Position numbers and translations under genes: made by a program
Shown here: positions 1 to 10,796 of the stretch, piece after piece
How positions within the stretch are numbered: the stretch's first letter is position 1
Layout: each line of letters begins with the position of its first letter
The notes under the pieces: generated by a model
The model's database searches: none
Told to the model about the DNA's origin: nothing
The model's input: only the letters and a program-made list of their open reading frames with translations
Source: Trichodesmium erythraeum IMS101
GTDB lineage: Bacteria; Cyanobacteriota; Cyanobacteriia; Cyanobacteriales; Microcoleaceae
Assembly (NCBI RefSeq): GCF_000014265.1
Contig: NC_008312.1
Coordinates: 390,001 to 422,000 of the forward strand
Direction: 5' to 3'
Length of the DNA: 32,000 bases

Positions 1-406
1 AATTCTGAGCAATTGACAATATATTAGCATCTACTTCCGTACATTCTATTATTACCTCTGGAAAATAGTGATGTAAAAATTGAGGAATACTACCCCCACC
101 AAAACCTGCAATATAAATTTTTTTTGGTTGACTATTCCAAAGTAAAGCTAACATCATGGCCTGAGTGTAAGGAAAAATTAAATATATAGGGTCATTCAAA
201 TTAAGTATAGATTGAACCCAATCCATTTTTAAAGTTATTTGCTCTACTAAGACTAACTGAATAATGAATTTAACTTTTTTTATAGTTAAAAAATGTATAC
301 CAGAAGGTTGAGAAAAAATTATCCCATCAGGTTGTTTGTGGAGCCAATAAATTCTTTCCCGAATTCCTTCTAAATTTTTAACTTGCCAATATCTGTAATT
401 ATTCAT
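1..406 (-). CDS. Partial CDS (N-terminal ~135 codons, continues past window start): spermidine-synthase-like class I methyltransferase-fold protein
   Basis: My minus-strand translation from the ATG at 406-404 is stop-free to position 1 (MNNYRYWQVKNLEGIRERIYWLHKQPDG...KKIYIAGFGGGSIPQFLHHYFPEVIIECTEVDANILSIAQN). IAGFGGGS followed by E-x-D resembles the glycine-rich motif I and acidic motif II of spermidine synthase-like enzymes. It is absent from the ORF track because there is no stop inside the window. Confidence 0.5.
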   Translation of the reverse strand, partial: MNNYRYWQVKNLEGIRERIYWLHKQPDGIIFSQPSGIHFLTIKKVKFIIQLVLVEQITLKMDWVQSILNLNDPIYLIFPYTQAMMLALLWNSQPKKIYIAGFGGGSIPQFLHHYFPEVIIECTEVDANILSIAQN

Positions 407-885
407 TTTGAAAAAAGAAGCCAGATTTAATCTGGTAATTTTGTTATCATTCAAGGAGAGAAACTAGGTTTATATTAGTTACCCTAAAATACTCACATCT
501 GTCTTCCATAAACTCGGTTTATTATAATGATCTAAAGTCAGGATATCTGATATTATACTAATTGCCATAAATTCTAAAATACCAAGATAACAAAAATCAA
601 TTATTAAGTAAGCTTTTTTTTGTTTTAAACGACTTATTTTTGTCTGCTTCCTTTAGGTAAAAACCATTTTTTATTATCAAGCAAACGTTATAAATTACTA
701 AGACATATTTTTTTTATACGTGTTTTTATAATAGAAAATTTAATCATCAAAAGTATATTTTTAATTTCCTATACAGCGATTATTTTTGCATTTTTTTCCT
801 GTTTATATATCCTGTTTAGATAATTAAAATTTCTCAACTTTAACCTTTTTTTTATTTCTGCCTTCTGCCCTATAATTTCTTTATA

Positions 886-2010
886 TTAATATAATTCATA
901 CTTTAATAGTGTACAAGAAATCGGACCATTATAAACAGGTATTCTCCCAGAAGTTCTTAACCCCACCTGTTTAGATAACTGCTTATTTCCTGTCAAAATA
1001 AAAGCCGTCCAACCAGTAAAACGTTGTTTAAAAATATCCCCCAACATTTTATAAAATTTACCCAATTCTTCCACTTCTCCTAAACGCTCTCCATAAGGAG
1101 GATTACAAATAATTATTCCTTTTTCAGCGGGAGATTCTAAATTAGATATATCTGTTTGGATAAACTTAATTTTATCTAAAACAGCACATTTTTTAGCATT
1201 ATTACGAGCTTGAGAAAGTACCTCCGGATTTCGATCGCTTCCCACAATTATTGATTTTAATTCAGTCAATTGACTATTCTTAGCTTCTGTCAATAAATCT
1301 TGCCAAATCGACTTATCAAAATCACGCCAATTCATAAAAGAAAAATTATTTTTCAACAATCCAGGTGCAATATTTAATGCTTTTAAACTTGCTTCTAAAG
1401 GTAAAGTTCCAGAACCACATAAAGGATCTAAAAAAGGCAATTCTGGAGAGTATTCTGCCATCTCCAATAAAGCTGCTGCTAAAGTTTCTTTTAGAGGAGC
1501 AAATCCCATTGCCAACCGATAGCCACGCTGATGTAAACTACTACCAGAACTATCTAAACTAAGGATACAATTATTATGTTCAATATGACCATTAATTAAT
1601 ATCTCAGGATTTTTAGTATCAATATTTGATCTATAGCGAAATTTTTCTATTTGTTGCTCAGTAATAGCATCCTTTATTTGCAGAGCAGTATAATGAGTAT
1701 GCTTTAATTTCTCATTAGTTCCCGTACAGTGAACTGCCAATGTATTTTTAGGAGATATATATTGCTGCCAAGGAATTTTTTTGACTTCTTTATATAAAAC
1801 TTCTCGGTTAACACACCTAACTTGTGCAATAGGAACTAAGACTCTAAAAATAGTTCTAGCCCAGAGATTAACCCGATAAAGTAAAGTCTTATCTCCAGTA
1901 AAACTTACCCCTGTAAATTCTGGAGATATATTTTGAGCTCCTAAATTTTCTAATTCTTGAGCAGCAATAGTTTCTAACCCTTTAGCAACTTTTGCATAGT
2001 ATTGATTCAT
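886..2010 (-). CDS. THUMP-domain class I SAM-dependent RNA methyltransferase (COG0116/RlmL-like, UPF0020 family)
   Basis: 374-aa ORF. The N-terminal half has THUMP-like organisation. The C-terminal half has SAM motif I (DPLCGSGTLPLEA) and the catalytic NPPYGERLG (N/D-PPY) motif typical of m2G/m6A RNA methyltransferases. Confidence 0.85.
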   Translation of the reverse strand: MNQYYAKVAKGLETIAAQELENLGAQNISPEFTGVSFTGDKTLLYRVNLWARTIFRVLVPIAQVRCVNREVLYKEVKKIPWQQYISPKNTLAVHCTGTNEKLKHTHYTALQIKDAITEQQIEKFRYRSNIDTKNPEILINGHIEHNNCILSLDSSGSSLHQRGYRLAMGFAPLKETLAAALLEMAEYSPELPFLDPLCGSGTLPLEASLKALNIAPGLLKNNFSFMNWRDFDKSIWQDLLTEAKNSQLTELKSIIVGSDRNPEVLSQARNNAKKCAVLDKIKFIQTDISNLESPAEKGIIICNPPYGERLGEVEELGKFYKMLGDIFKQRFTGWTAFILTGNKQLSKQVGLRTSGRIPVYNGPISCTLLKYELY

Positions 2011-2296
2011 TGCCTAAAAATAATTTTTGTATTTAGTATAAAATAACTTTATTTGGTATTATGCTTGAAAAAAATGCATAAGACTATCAGTTAAATAATT
2101 GATTAACATTTTCAGTGTTATAGTTTTACAATTTCCTATTACTGTACTTTAAAAAAACCAATAAAAAAACTCTTTATTTAACTCTTTAATGATACTATAA
2201 AAAATCAAAAACATGAGATAAAACTCAATTAAAACTTCAGCTAGCTATAATCACTTAATTTCTCAAATATTTTCATAAAACCCTTACAATGGCTTT

Positions 2297-2641
2297 GATT
2301 TTCAACAATATCCAGAAGATTTATAAGGTTGGAATAGCAGATATAAGGTGTTTGCTCAAATTATATCTGAAGTCAAGCCTAAAGTTATTATTAAGGTTGG
2401 AGTGTGGAAAGGACAATCTACGATCCACATGACAGAGATAGCTAAAGAAATTAATCCCAAAGTAATATTAATCGCAATAGATACTTTTTTGGGTAGTCCC
2501 GAGCATTGGAAAGCAAAATACCCTATTGTCGATATTACTGATGAGATAATACTCATTAAACCTAATAAAATTAAAACATTTATACTTTTTTTCTATCCTG
2601 TTTTTCCTGCAATTAAAATTATAAATAAAATTATAAAATAG
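2297..2641 (+). pseudogene. Truncated class I SAM-dependent methyltransferase (cephalosporin-hydroxylase/Methyltransf_24-like) with an in-frame stop
   Basis: The frame of the 2348 ORF extended upstream reads DFQQYPEDL*GWNSRYKVFAQIISEVKPKVIIKVGVWKGQSTIHMTEIAKEINPKVILIAIDTFLGSPEHW. The P-E-D-L ... KP-x-x-I-I-E/K-x-G-x-W-K-G-x-S pattern is the N-terminus of this methyltransferase family. It is interrupted by TAA at 2324-2326. It also lacks the C-terminal ~150 aa, and its tail runs into the convergent gene at 2631. Confidence 0.45.
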
Positions 2642-3260
2642 GAGAACAATCTGAAATATATATCCTATTACTATCTCTAGAAACTATATATCCTTGATAT
2701 GGACTTGTTAATTCTATAAATCTTTGAGTCCCACTACCAATTTCTTCGTTTCCTGTAACTTCTATTCTTTGACCATTTTCTACTACCCCAAGTTTACGAC
2801 TTGCCGAGTTACGTGCCTCAAAAATATATAGTCCATTTGGTCTTAAAACATAACAAATTTTTGACTTAATTCTTCCCTTTGCCTGGTAATTAATTACAGG
2901 TTCTGTGAAGCTATTCTGTATTCTTGAATATACATGATATTTGTCTGGGCCAATAATATGTTCATTCCCTTGTACTGGGTCATAAGCTGCCCAAGAAGTA
3001 TCTCTTTTGATAGCATTACTAACAATCAACCAATCTTGCTCAGTTCCGTTTTGGGGATATCTAATGAATATATACTCACCTTGGCCAGTTTCGCAAATAT
3101 TGATCCTAAAGTTTGTAGTTTCATAATTTGCCCTCTCAGCTCCATATCCATAACAGGTTTGTCCCTGGGATGGCAGAATTATAGTCCCTAAGACTAAGGC
3201 AGTTGTCAAACTTCCAACAGTGGCTAATTGGTGTTTCATTCTTTTTCCCCTTTTTGCCAT
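2631..3260 (-). CDS. Secreted hypothetical protein with C-terminal SH3b-like segment
   Basis: 209-aa ORF. The N-terminus is basic and then hydrophobic (MAKRGKRMKHQLATVGSLTTALVLGTIILPSQGQ), which fits a signal peptide. The C-terminal ~60 aa (YVLRPNGLYIFEARNSASRKLGVVENGQRIEVTGNEE...YQGYIV) resembles bacterial SH3 domains. No catalytic motif was recognised. Confidence 0.55.
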   Translation of the reverse strand: MAKRGKRMKHQLATVGSLTTALVLGTIILPSQGQTCYGYGAERANYETTNFRINICETGQGEYIFIRYPQNGTEQDWLIVSNAIKRDTSWAAYDPVQGNEHIIGPDKYHVYSRIQNSFTEPVINYQAKGRIKSKICYVLRPNGLYIFEARNSASRKLGVVENGQRIEVTGNEEIGSGTQRFIELTSPYQGYIVSRDSNRIYISDCSPIL

Positions 3261-3780
3261 TGGATACCAGCAAAACTAAATAATCCTAACAGAAGTTGAA
3301 AAAAATATCTATCCTCAAAAAGGTAAATTAAGTTTAATTTGACATTCTTAACTTTATATAAACTTTTCTATCAATAACTTGGCAGTTTCTTAAGATTTAC
3401 TTAATAAATTAGCTCTTATAGTTAAATTACCTAAAAATTTTCACAACCAAATAAAAATAATTATTTTATGTTGGAGTTTTCTGATGATAGGAGTAAAATA
3501 TCAAGTAAAGAATAGACTCACAATTAGAGAAAATTGATCAACTAAAAAGTTAAATTAAAAAGTCAGAAGTTACAAATAGTAAGAGAGAGAAATTTTCTAC
3601 TAATTTTAATTTGCTTAACTGAAATTTATAGTAGGATTTCTTCAGCTTATTTGAAACCCTGGGAAATAGAAAGTTAAGTTTGAAAATTATTTATGAAAAA
3701 CTTCTAAGATATAACTTCCTATCGTTGTTTAGTAGAATATTATGGCATAAAAGTATCGCCTTTTACCTGCATTATTATAA

Positions 3781-6162
3781 CTAATTACCAACAATAACAA
3801 ATGGTGATCAATAATAAGGTTTCTTGTATTCCTCTGAATTTAATTTAATCTCTCCTTTAATAAATTTAATTTGAACTTGACATAGTGCTTCTGCCTTTCT
3901 CAGTTATCAACTATTAGACTGCTGTGAACTATCAGACTGCAACTCCAATAATTGTTCATAAAATTGTTTCATTAATTATGCTGTCGAGGTATCATTTACA
4001 CTCCATAAACTCCCTAAAATACTAATAGCTCCTTCCCGAACTGCAACTCCAGCCAAACCCAATGCTGCTCCTTGATCCCCAATTGCTGTCTGACAAGCAC
4101 TTAAACTTAATAACTCTATAGCTCGATCCGATCGCTGCAAATTATCACTCTGGAGCAGTTGATTGAAATCTTTAACATTAATAGGTTGATCCCATGCTAA
4201 AATATAAGTTTGATAGGAATTAAAACTAAATTATCCGTGAGTTGCAATATGGAGAATGTTAAAGGGCTGAGAATTAATTTTGTCTTAAATTGTAATTTTT
4301 GTGAATTTTTCATCTACTAATTCCTCAGACTGTCGCATTGTATCATTGATAGCCTCTAGTTTCTGTTCAACGTTAGGTAAACTATCATAGCCTTTCCTCT
4401 ATAACTTGGTGCTTCTTTACCTATTCCAGCAGTTAATACTCGTACTTCCTTTTTTAATAAGGGTTTGGGATCAAGCAATTTCAAACTGGGAGCTACAGCG
4501 ATCGCGTATCGTTCCACTACATATCTTTCCCGTTCACTATCATATAAAACGGATATAGGAATATTTCTGAGTTTTCCTTCCCAGACAAAAACTAGGGTTT
4601 TTATTTAACTCGCATCATGTTTTAGATCTATTTCCAAATATCCCTCAAAAGGTTTAATGAACCAATTATAAAGTTGATTTGACTGGGATTTGATTTCACT
4701 TATTAGCTTTGGTTTTCGAGGACTAAGTGTAATATCAAACCTGAGTCTGAAAGGTTTTCCTCAAATTTAGCTTGAAAGTCACTCTCACTTACGGTAGCAT
4801 AACGAAAATCATCAGTGCCAGACAATTTAAGAATCACACTTAATCTATCCTTGAATAAGATTGGATAAATAATAGCTGCGCTCTGATAAATTTTATCAAT
4901 ATTAATATCCTGAGCATTCACACAAGCATCTTGGAAAAAATTATCTAATTCTGCCAATTTTAGAGATTCAATTACTTCAACAGCAACTCTAATATTTGCC
5001 ACATTGGGTTTATTTGAATCGAGTTCAGGTTGAAGTAATAAGTCTAGAAAATTTCTATACAAAGGTTCAATACTATCACGAAAGTTAAACTGAATATCTC
5101 GATTTAATGCTACTAAATCCCGTCGTAAAACTTAGAGATTATTAAAAGCATATTTGTCAGCTAAGAGTGCTTATGAATAATTTTCTTGTTCAATGAAAAT
5201 ATATCCTAATTGTTATTGAAATTGATGAAAAATATCATAATTAGATACTTTTTGGGCATTCAAAAATTCTTTATTTGTCAATTTAAGTGTTTTTTATATA
5301 GTTTATTTTTTGACATTAAATCTTGCCTATGCGCGAATTTTGTAAGCTTCTAAACGGTAATTATTAATATCTTTTGCTTGTTCAATTTTCCGTTTTAATA
5401 ACTCGTTAGTCAAAGTTAATTTAGTAATATTATCTGAGATTAAACAAAAGCTAATTTATCTTTAATTTCCTCAATATCGGGGTCAACAATATTGATAAAA
5501 ACTTCTGCTAATTTAGTTCTGGCTAGAATTGATTTAGGAGTGAGAATAATTTGATTTAAAGAATTAATGATTTTTGGTAAAGTATTAATGTGAAATAGAA
5601 CATCAGTATCTAAATCACCAATTTATTTAGTAAATTTTAGTAGCAAACTAAGATTATTAATAGTTTTTTGAATTTGAACTAATTTGTCAGTATAAATATT
5701 TACAGCTTCTTGATAATTAGATAAATTTTGATTAACTAGGGTTTTAAGTTTTTGATCATCGGTGGAGAGTCAAATATTAGCCTCAATATTAGCAATATTT
5801 TTGGCTTGATAAAGTAGATTATTACCTAAATTAATCAACAATTGAGCTTTAGTATTATTAGAATTTGCCCACTTATAACTTGCTTCTAATACCTTTTCAG
5901 ATAACTCCAATTTACCGAATGCCAGTAGTCCATTTCCTAAAATTTGTAACCACTGAAAATTAAGGCTAGTATTTGATATTTGAAACTTTTGCAGAATATT
6001 TTCTAAGTTATTTTCAGTTAGCGGCCGTCAACCATTACTTGCAATGTCTAATTAACCAAATTCTAAAACTCTTTCTCTATGTTTGGCTGTTTTTTGGTCC
6101 AACAACAACTTTTTTAGCACTTCTTCTGACTCTGTAATATTAATTTTTAGTACTCCAGACAT
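3781..6162 (-). pseudogene. CHAT-domain (caspase-fold) protein with helical/TPR-like N-terminal region, disrupted by multiple stops and frameshifts
   Basis: Minus-strand translation fragments include a start MSGVLKINITESEEVLKKLLLDQK (ATG at 6162) and the track ORF 4703-5062 (central region). FNILHIATHG* at ~4235-4260 is the catalytic His motif followed by a stop. WDQPINVKDFNQLLQSDNLQRSDRAIELLSLSACQTAIGDQGAALGLAGVAVREGAISILGSLWSVNDTSTA* is the catalytic Cys motif and ends at 3976. The tail AEALCQVQIKFIKGEIKLNSEEYKKPYY*SPFVIVGN* has a TGA where CHAT proteins have the conserved YYW Trp, and ends at 3781. Only 119 aa remain as an open frame. Confidence 0.75.
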
Positions 6163-6734
6163 AGATTTCTAATATTATGCGATCGCTTTCGTTATTTGTA
6201 ACATTCTTTTTCCACCCTTGGTATTATGCAAGTCAATTCCCTTCTTGATATTTTATTTGAAAGAACAGCAAATTCCTCTATCCCCTTAATCATTCGTTAT
6301 TGTGCAATGCTCCTTTCTCCATGATGGGGAACCAAAACAAAAGTTAAACTAAAGAATATAATGCTAACAACTGTTGAATGTGACAGCGACGACTTTCATA
6401 TTTAAAGGGCAGAGGAAAATAAGCAGCTAACATGCCCTATTTTGATATTTTTTCGGACAGTAATTAACCAAACTAAAATTTTTCAAGTTTGGATTTTAGT
6501 TCTAGTCAAAATTTTTTGAAAATGTAATTTATAGAATAATAAAAATTGTATTTAAATTAGTCTCTTTGTGTAAACATATTGATTTTTTTTACCATAAAAT
6601 GTAACTAATTGCCATATAATAAAGTGATTGTTTAAGATTTTTTTCTTAAGTCTAAATACTTACTCAAATTTTCTGGCTTTTATATACTATATTTTGTAGT
6701 ATATAAACTGGATTGAATAATTGATTTCGGGGTG

Positions 6735-7410
6735 TGGAGTAGCGATCGCTAATTTACTAAATGCCATACCAATTCAATTATGTCATAACCTGGACTATAT
6801 TTAGACAAATACTCTAAATAGATATTTAGAATTTATGTTTCAATTTTATTAATATATTCTGCTTTCAATTTAAAATAATCTAGAGCTAAAATAATTACTA
6901 TTTTGGCTCCTTTTTGGCAATTTACTCTCTTTTATCATCAGCTTTTATCCATTCATTTATTATCTCTTAATTAAATATTTTTAACACTTCATCAAAACTT
7001 TTGCTATTGCTGATTTTCAAAAAATCTATGAATCTTTAATAATTTTAAACATCGTCTCCAAACATTGCATTTACTCTCGGTTTTATTCAATCTATTCTTA
7101 CTTTTTTCCTTAGCCCTTGATTATACCAATAAACAATTTTTGATTACTCTTAAATCCAATCCACTTTCGTCTTAAAATCATACCGAAAAACTTTTTTTAT
7201 TAGTATTTTTTTATTTTTAAATACTCTTCTATATTTCTTTAAATTTTTTATTTTTTCAAGATTATTATAGAACTCCCAGCTATATTTTCTCCTTATGTAA
7301 ACGTACCTTTCTCTTTACTTACCCCATTTCCCTAATTATTGTGTTTAAAATAATCAGAGTCGGAAAATTTATTCAAACAATCTAATTTAGCCTTTTGTCC
7401 TAAAAAATGT
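6735..7410 (-). mobile_element. Degenerate IS630-family (Tc1/mariner-like DDE) transposase relic
   Basis: Minus-strand frames give KIVIILALDYFKLKAEYINKIET*ILNIYLEYLSKYSPGYDIIELVWHLVN. This fits the IS630 pattern xIxLILDNxxxHKxx...LxFLPxYSPxLNxIExVWxxLK. Upstream pieces are FFGMILRRKWIGFKSNQKLFIGIIKG and GQKAKLDCLNKFSDSDYF. There are many stops and frameshifts, and no ORF of 60 aa or more. The boundaries are approximate. Confidence 0.5.
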
Positions 7411-7559
7411 ACTTGATATACCAATCTATTATGATATTAGAGAAAGTATCATATTTAGTAAAATCAGGTATACTAAAGAATTGTACTTTTCCATAATACC
7501 TCATTTATATTCAAAATCATTTAGGATTACTATAGTATATTTATAGAGTTTTATTATCT

Positions 7560-8477
7560 ATGATTTATCAATTTTACTTTTGGCTTTTAACTACATTATT
7601 ATGCTTAATTAATCCACTGTTAGTAATCCAAGTTAATGCTCAATCTGAAAGGATAAAAATTCCTACTTATTCTATTACACAAGAAGGAAAAGAAGTTTGT
7701 CCGCCACCCGCTTTATCTCGCCTTCAGCGCCATACCATTGCTTCCGGAGAGAGCATTAAAACAATTGCCCAACAGTACAACCTCATTCCCTCAACCTTAT
7801 TAGCATTTAATCGTCTCCTACAGCGAGGACAAGTAACCGTAGGTACTGAAATTATTATTCCCCCCTATAACGGTATCGCTATAAAAGTACCTGTTGGTAA
7901 AACCTGGAAAAATGTTGCAGAAAATTATAATATTCGGGCTGACACTTTATATGAAGTCAATGGTTGTCCAGAAACACCAAACCAACAAACACCAGAAATA
8001 GTTTTTTTACCAGGGGTAAATTGGTCTCCAGGAGGAAAAAGACCCCCAGAAATATCTTCATTAACAGGTTATCCTTTACCTTTTGAAGCTAGGGTAATTT
8101 TAGGTTATGGTTGGTTGTTACATCCAATTAAAAATCGAGTAGTTTTTCATAGTGGTTTAGACTTAATTGCTGATAGTGGAACATCAGTTTTTTCAGTAGG
8201 AGAGGGAACTGTAGCATTTGCCGGGAAACAAAGTAATTATGGAAATTTAGTAGTTATTAATCACGCCTCTGGTAAACAAACTCGTTATGCTCATTTAGAT
8301 TCTATTCAGGTTAAAACTGGTCAAAAAATTCTACAGACAGAACTTTTAGGAACAGTTGGCCAAACAGGAGAGCCTGATTTTGAAGAAGCTCATCTACATT
8401 TTGAAATTAGATATAATTCTCCTTTAGGTTGGGTAGCTGAAAATCCAAATTCTTATATAAAAGTTATTTTTAAGTAA
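7560..8477 (+). CDS. LysM domain-containing M23 family metallopeptidase (peptidoglycan endopeptidase)
   Basis: 305-aa ORF with an N-terminal hydrophobic signal/anchor. It has two LysM-like segments (HTIASGESIKTIAQQYNLIPSTLLAFN and KVPVGKTWKNVAENYNIRADTLYEVNG). The M23 motifs HSGLD (HxxxD) and HLHFE (HxH) are present. Confidence 0.88.
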   Translation: MIYQFYFWLLTTLLCLINPLLVIQVNAQSERIKIPTYSITQEGKEVCPPPALSRLQRHTIASGESIKTIAQQYNLIPSTLLAFNRLLQRGQVTVGTEIIIPPYNGIAIKVPVGKTWKNVAENYNIRADTLYEVNGCPETPNQQTPEIVFLPGVNWSPGGKRPPEISSLTGYPLPFEARVILGYGWLLHPIKNRVVFHSGLDLIADSGTSVFSVGEGTVAFAGKQSNYGNLVVINHASGKQTRYAHLDSIQVKTGQKILQTELLGTVGQTGEPDFEEAHLHFEIRYNSPLGWVAENPNSYIKVIFK

Positions 8478-9269
8478 TTGAAATTAGTATGATCTAAACC
8501 GTATTGTTTTATACTAAGTACCGAAGAAAGGGCAGAACAAAATCCTACTTTGGTCAAAAAAATTGGAAATACCGCCGACATCCTTAAGCAGGTGAAAAAG
8601 CTTTTTCATTTTGACGACCAATTGATGCTTTGATTTGATTTTTTCAATTACGATAGCAAGCGGGTCATCGAAAATTTTCGATGAATTTGAGCATTATTCA
8701 TAATTAATACTGAAAGAATTAAATATGAAGGTAATAAATATATAGAAATTTTTGGGTAGATATAGCAATTCTAAATCATTTATAAAAAATTACTAGTTTT
8801 TGGAAAAATAACTCTAAGCACTGTTACTTTTGGTTTCTTTCTTCAGTATAAGTAATTTCTAGCCACCCATCTCTTTCGCTTTTCAGATAGGATTGTTATA
8901 TGTATGGTTAATTGTGGGTTATTCCTGGGGAATATTTAGTTGAAGTTGTCACAGATATGATTAATTTAATCCTCAGAAAAAGTATCCTTATTAAAGGTAA
9001 TTAAAATCTCGATTAATGTAAATAATATTTATTTATACTCAAAATTTTAACCTGATCATTAAAAAGAATTAATTAACTTATAGAAAATTGAGAATTTCTA
9101 CTTAATTTAACAATCATTGAACATACGGTTTAGCTTGGCTATACCAGCAAGAAAAATAATTATAATTTTCATCAAAAATGTTATTTTTTTTCTTCTATGC
9201 TGATATCATTAAAACCCTGATTTAATAATATTTTTCAGATTATATAAAGCTTTTTTTTCTATAGTTAAT

Positions 9270-10796
9270 CTATAGTTTATGTTTTTGTAAATAGTAATAA
9301 AAACCCTGATTTTGGTATTGCAAAATATAACGGTTATCTAATAGATTGATATTACCATAAACTTGCAAATTTTCTTGAAATATTGGATCAGAATCTTTTA
9401 ACTCTATTAGATCTATACTTACTTCTTTGTCAACTTGCTGTAGCTCTTGTAATGTTTGAGGTAATTGCCAAATAACTTGAGTCGGATAATTAGCGATCGC
9501 TAAATAAAAGTTTTTATTAGACATAACTACTTGTGGTTGAATTGATAATTTTAATATTACTTTTTCCAACCGTGAACTATAAGTATATAAACGTTGATAC
9601 TGTCGCCGTTGGAGATTTTTTAGTTTGTGAAAAGTCACAAAGTTTGAATAACTTAAACAAAGACAAATTCCTAATCCACTAGCTACTACTTTTTGGATTT
9701 TTAATTGTGGTATCAATAGCCACAAACTAGTCACAGATAAAATTGCCATTAATGGAGAAAAAACTGATAACCCTCTTGTTGCATTAATATATTGATAAAG
9801 TAATAAAAATGCTAGTAAAGCTGACATAAAATTAATTAAACTAAAAACACATAAATGTGTATATTTTTCCCATTTTTGTAATTTTTTTTGATGACTTGCT
9901 GTTGCTAGTACAGCTAAAGTAATACTCCATAACAGAAACATTGAAATAGTAATTGTTCCATAGACTGGAAACCTTTTAAAATTAATTACGAGAGTACAAT
10001 TAAATAGAAAGTTTTCCCAGATCATTCTCAGCATATCAGTCAAATTAGATTGGGATAAAATTCTCGTTGCTGCATAGGGATAAATTTCTTGATTTTGAGA
10101 AAGGGGAATTAAAACAGTAACAAACAGTAATCCAAAAGAAAAAAGTAAGCTTAATAAAGTTTTTTTGTAATGTTTACTTTTCTCAATCCACAAAAGAGTA
10201 GTACTGGTAATAAACAAAGTCAATAAAAATGGTTTAATTAAATATGCTAAAGCTATTGCTAAACCTAAAAATAGCCCTTTTAAAAAACTTTCTTTTTGTA
10301 GAAACAAAATAGCAACAACTACCATAATAACAGCGGCAGCCGATATTTCTGTCATGACTGAATGAGTCAAAACTAAAGTATAAGGATAAACCAAATAAAT
10401 CAAACTAGCCCCAAAGCCCACCCATTGATTCGCAATTAATCTGCCAACTGTAAAAATTAAAAAAATCGTCAAAATAAGGAGTAGATAATTAACAAAAAAT
10501 GGTGTAGCCTCATTAATTCCACCAATCAAAAAACCAAAGGCCAATATGATGGGATAACCAGGGAGATGAGTATCCTTAGTTGGATAGCCTTTTTGAATAA
10601 TACTACTAGCCAAATAATGATTACTATTAAAATCAAAATGACGGACAATATTTTGAGCTACAGTATAGTAAAGTGTTTCATCATTCCAGCGAATTTGTAG
10701 AGAGACTGGTTTAGTAATGTAGAGAGCGATCGCCGTTATTATAAATAATAATATATATGGAAAAAGATGAGTAAATAGATTTCTACGAAAAGTCAT
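9270..10796 (-). CDS. Polytopic membrane glycosyltransferase, GT-C fold (family 39 / ArnT-PMT-like)
   Basis: 508-aa ORF with about 11-13 hydrophobic helices. An acidic DE motif sits in the first extracytoplasmic loop (RWNDETLYYTVAQNI). A soluble C-terminal domain follows, which is the typical ArnT/PMT-like architecture. The family assignment rests on architecture and motif only. Confidence 0.65.
   Translation of the reverse strand: MTFRRNLFTHLFPYILLFIITAIALYITKPVSLQIRWNDETLYYTVAQNIVRHFDFNSNHYLASSIIQKGYPTKDTHLPGYPIILAFGFLIGGINEATPFFVNYLLLILTIFLIFTVGRLIANQWVGFGASLIYLVYPYTLVLTHSVMTEISAAAVIMVVVAILFLQKESFLKGLFLGLAIALAYLIKPFLLTLFITSTTLLWIEKSKHYKKTLLSLLFSFGLLFVTVLIPLSQNQEIYPYAATRILSQSNLTDMLRMIWENFLFNCTLVINFKRFPVYGTITISMFLLWSITLAVLATASHQKKLQKWEKYTHLCVFSLINFMSALLAFLLLYQYINATRGLSVFSPLMAILSVTSLWLLIPQLKIQKVVASGLGICLCLSYSNFVTFHKLKNLQRRQYQRLYTYSSRLEKVILKLSIQPQVVMSNKNFYLAIANYPTQVIWQLPQTLQELQQVDKEVSIDLIELKDSDPIFQENLQVYGNINLLDNRYILQYQNQGFYYYLQKHKL

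Noticed and set aside
4703-5062. 119-aa ORF as an independent gene
   Set aside because: It is colinear with neighbouring stop-interrupted fragments of one CHAT-domain protein. It was annotated as part of that pseudogene.
8493-8637. Start-less ~47-codon frame downstream of the M23 peptidase (…STEERAEQNPTLVKKIGNTADILKQVKKLFHFDDQLML*)
   Set aside because: It has no ATG/GTG/TTG start in frame after the upstream stop, and I recognise no family. It is possibly another gene fragment but is unsupported.
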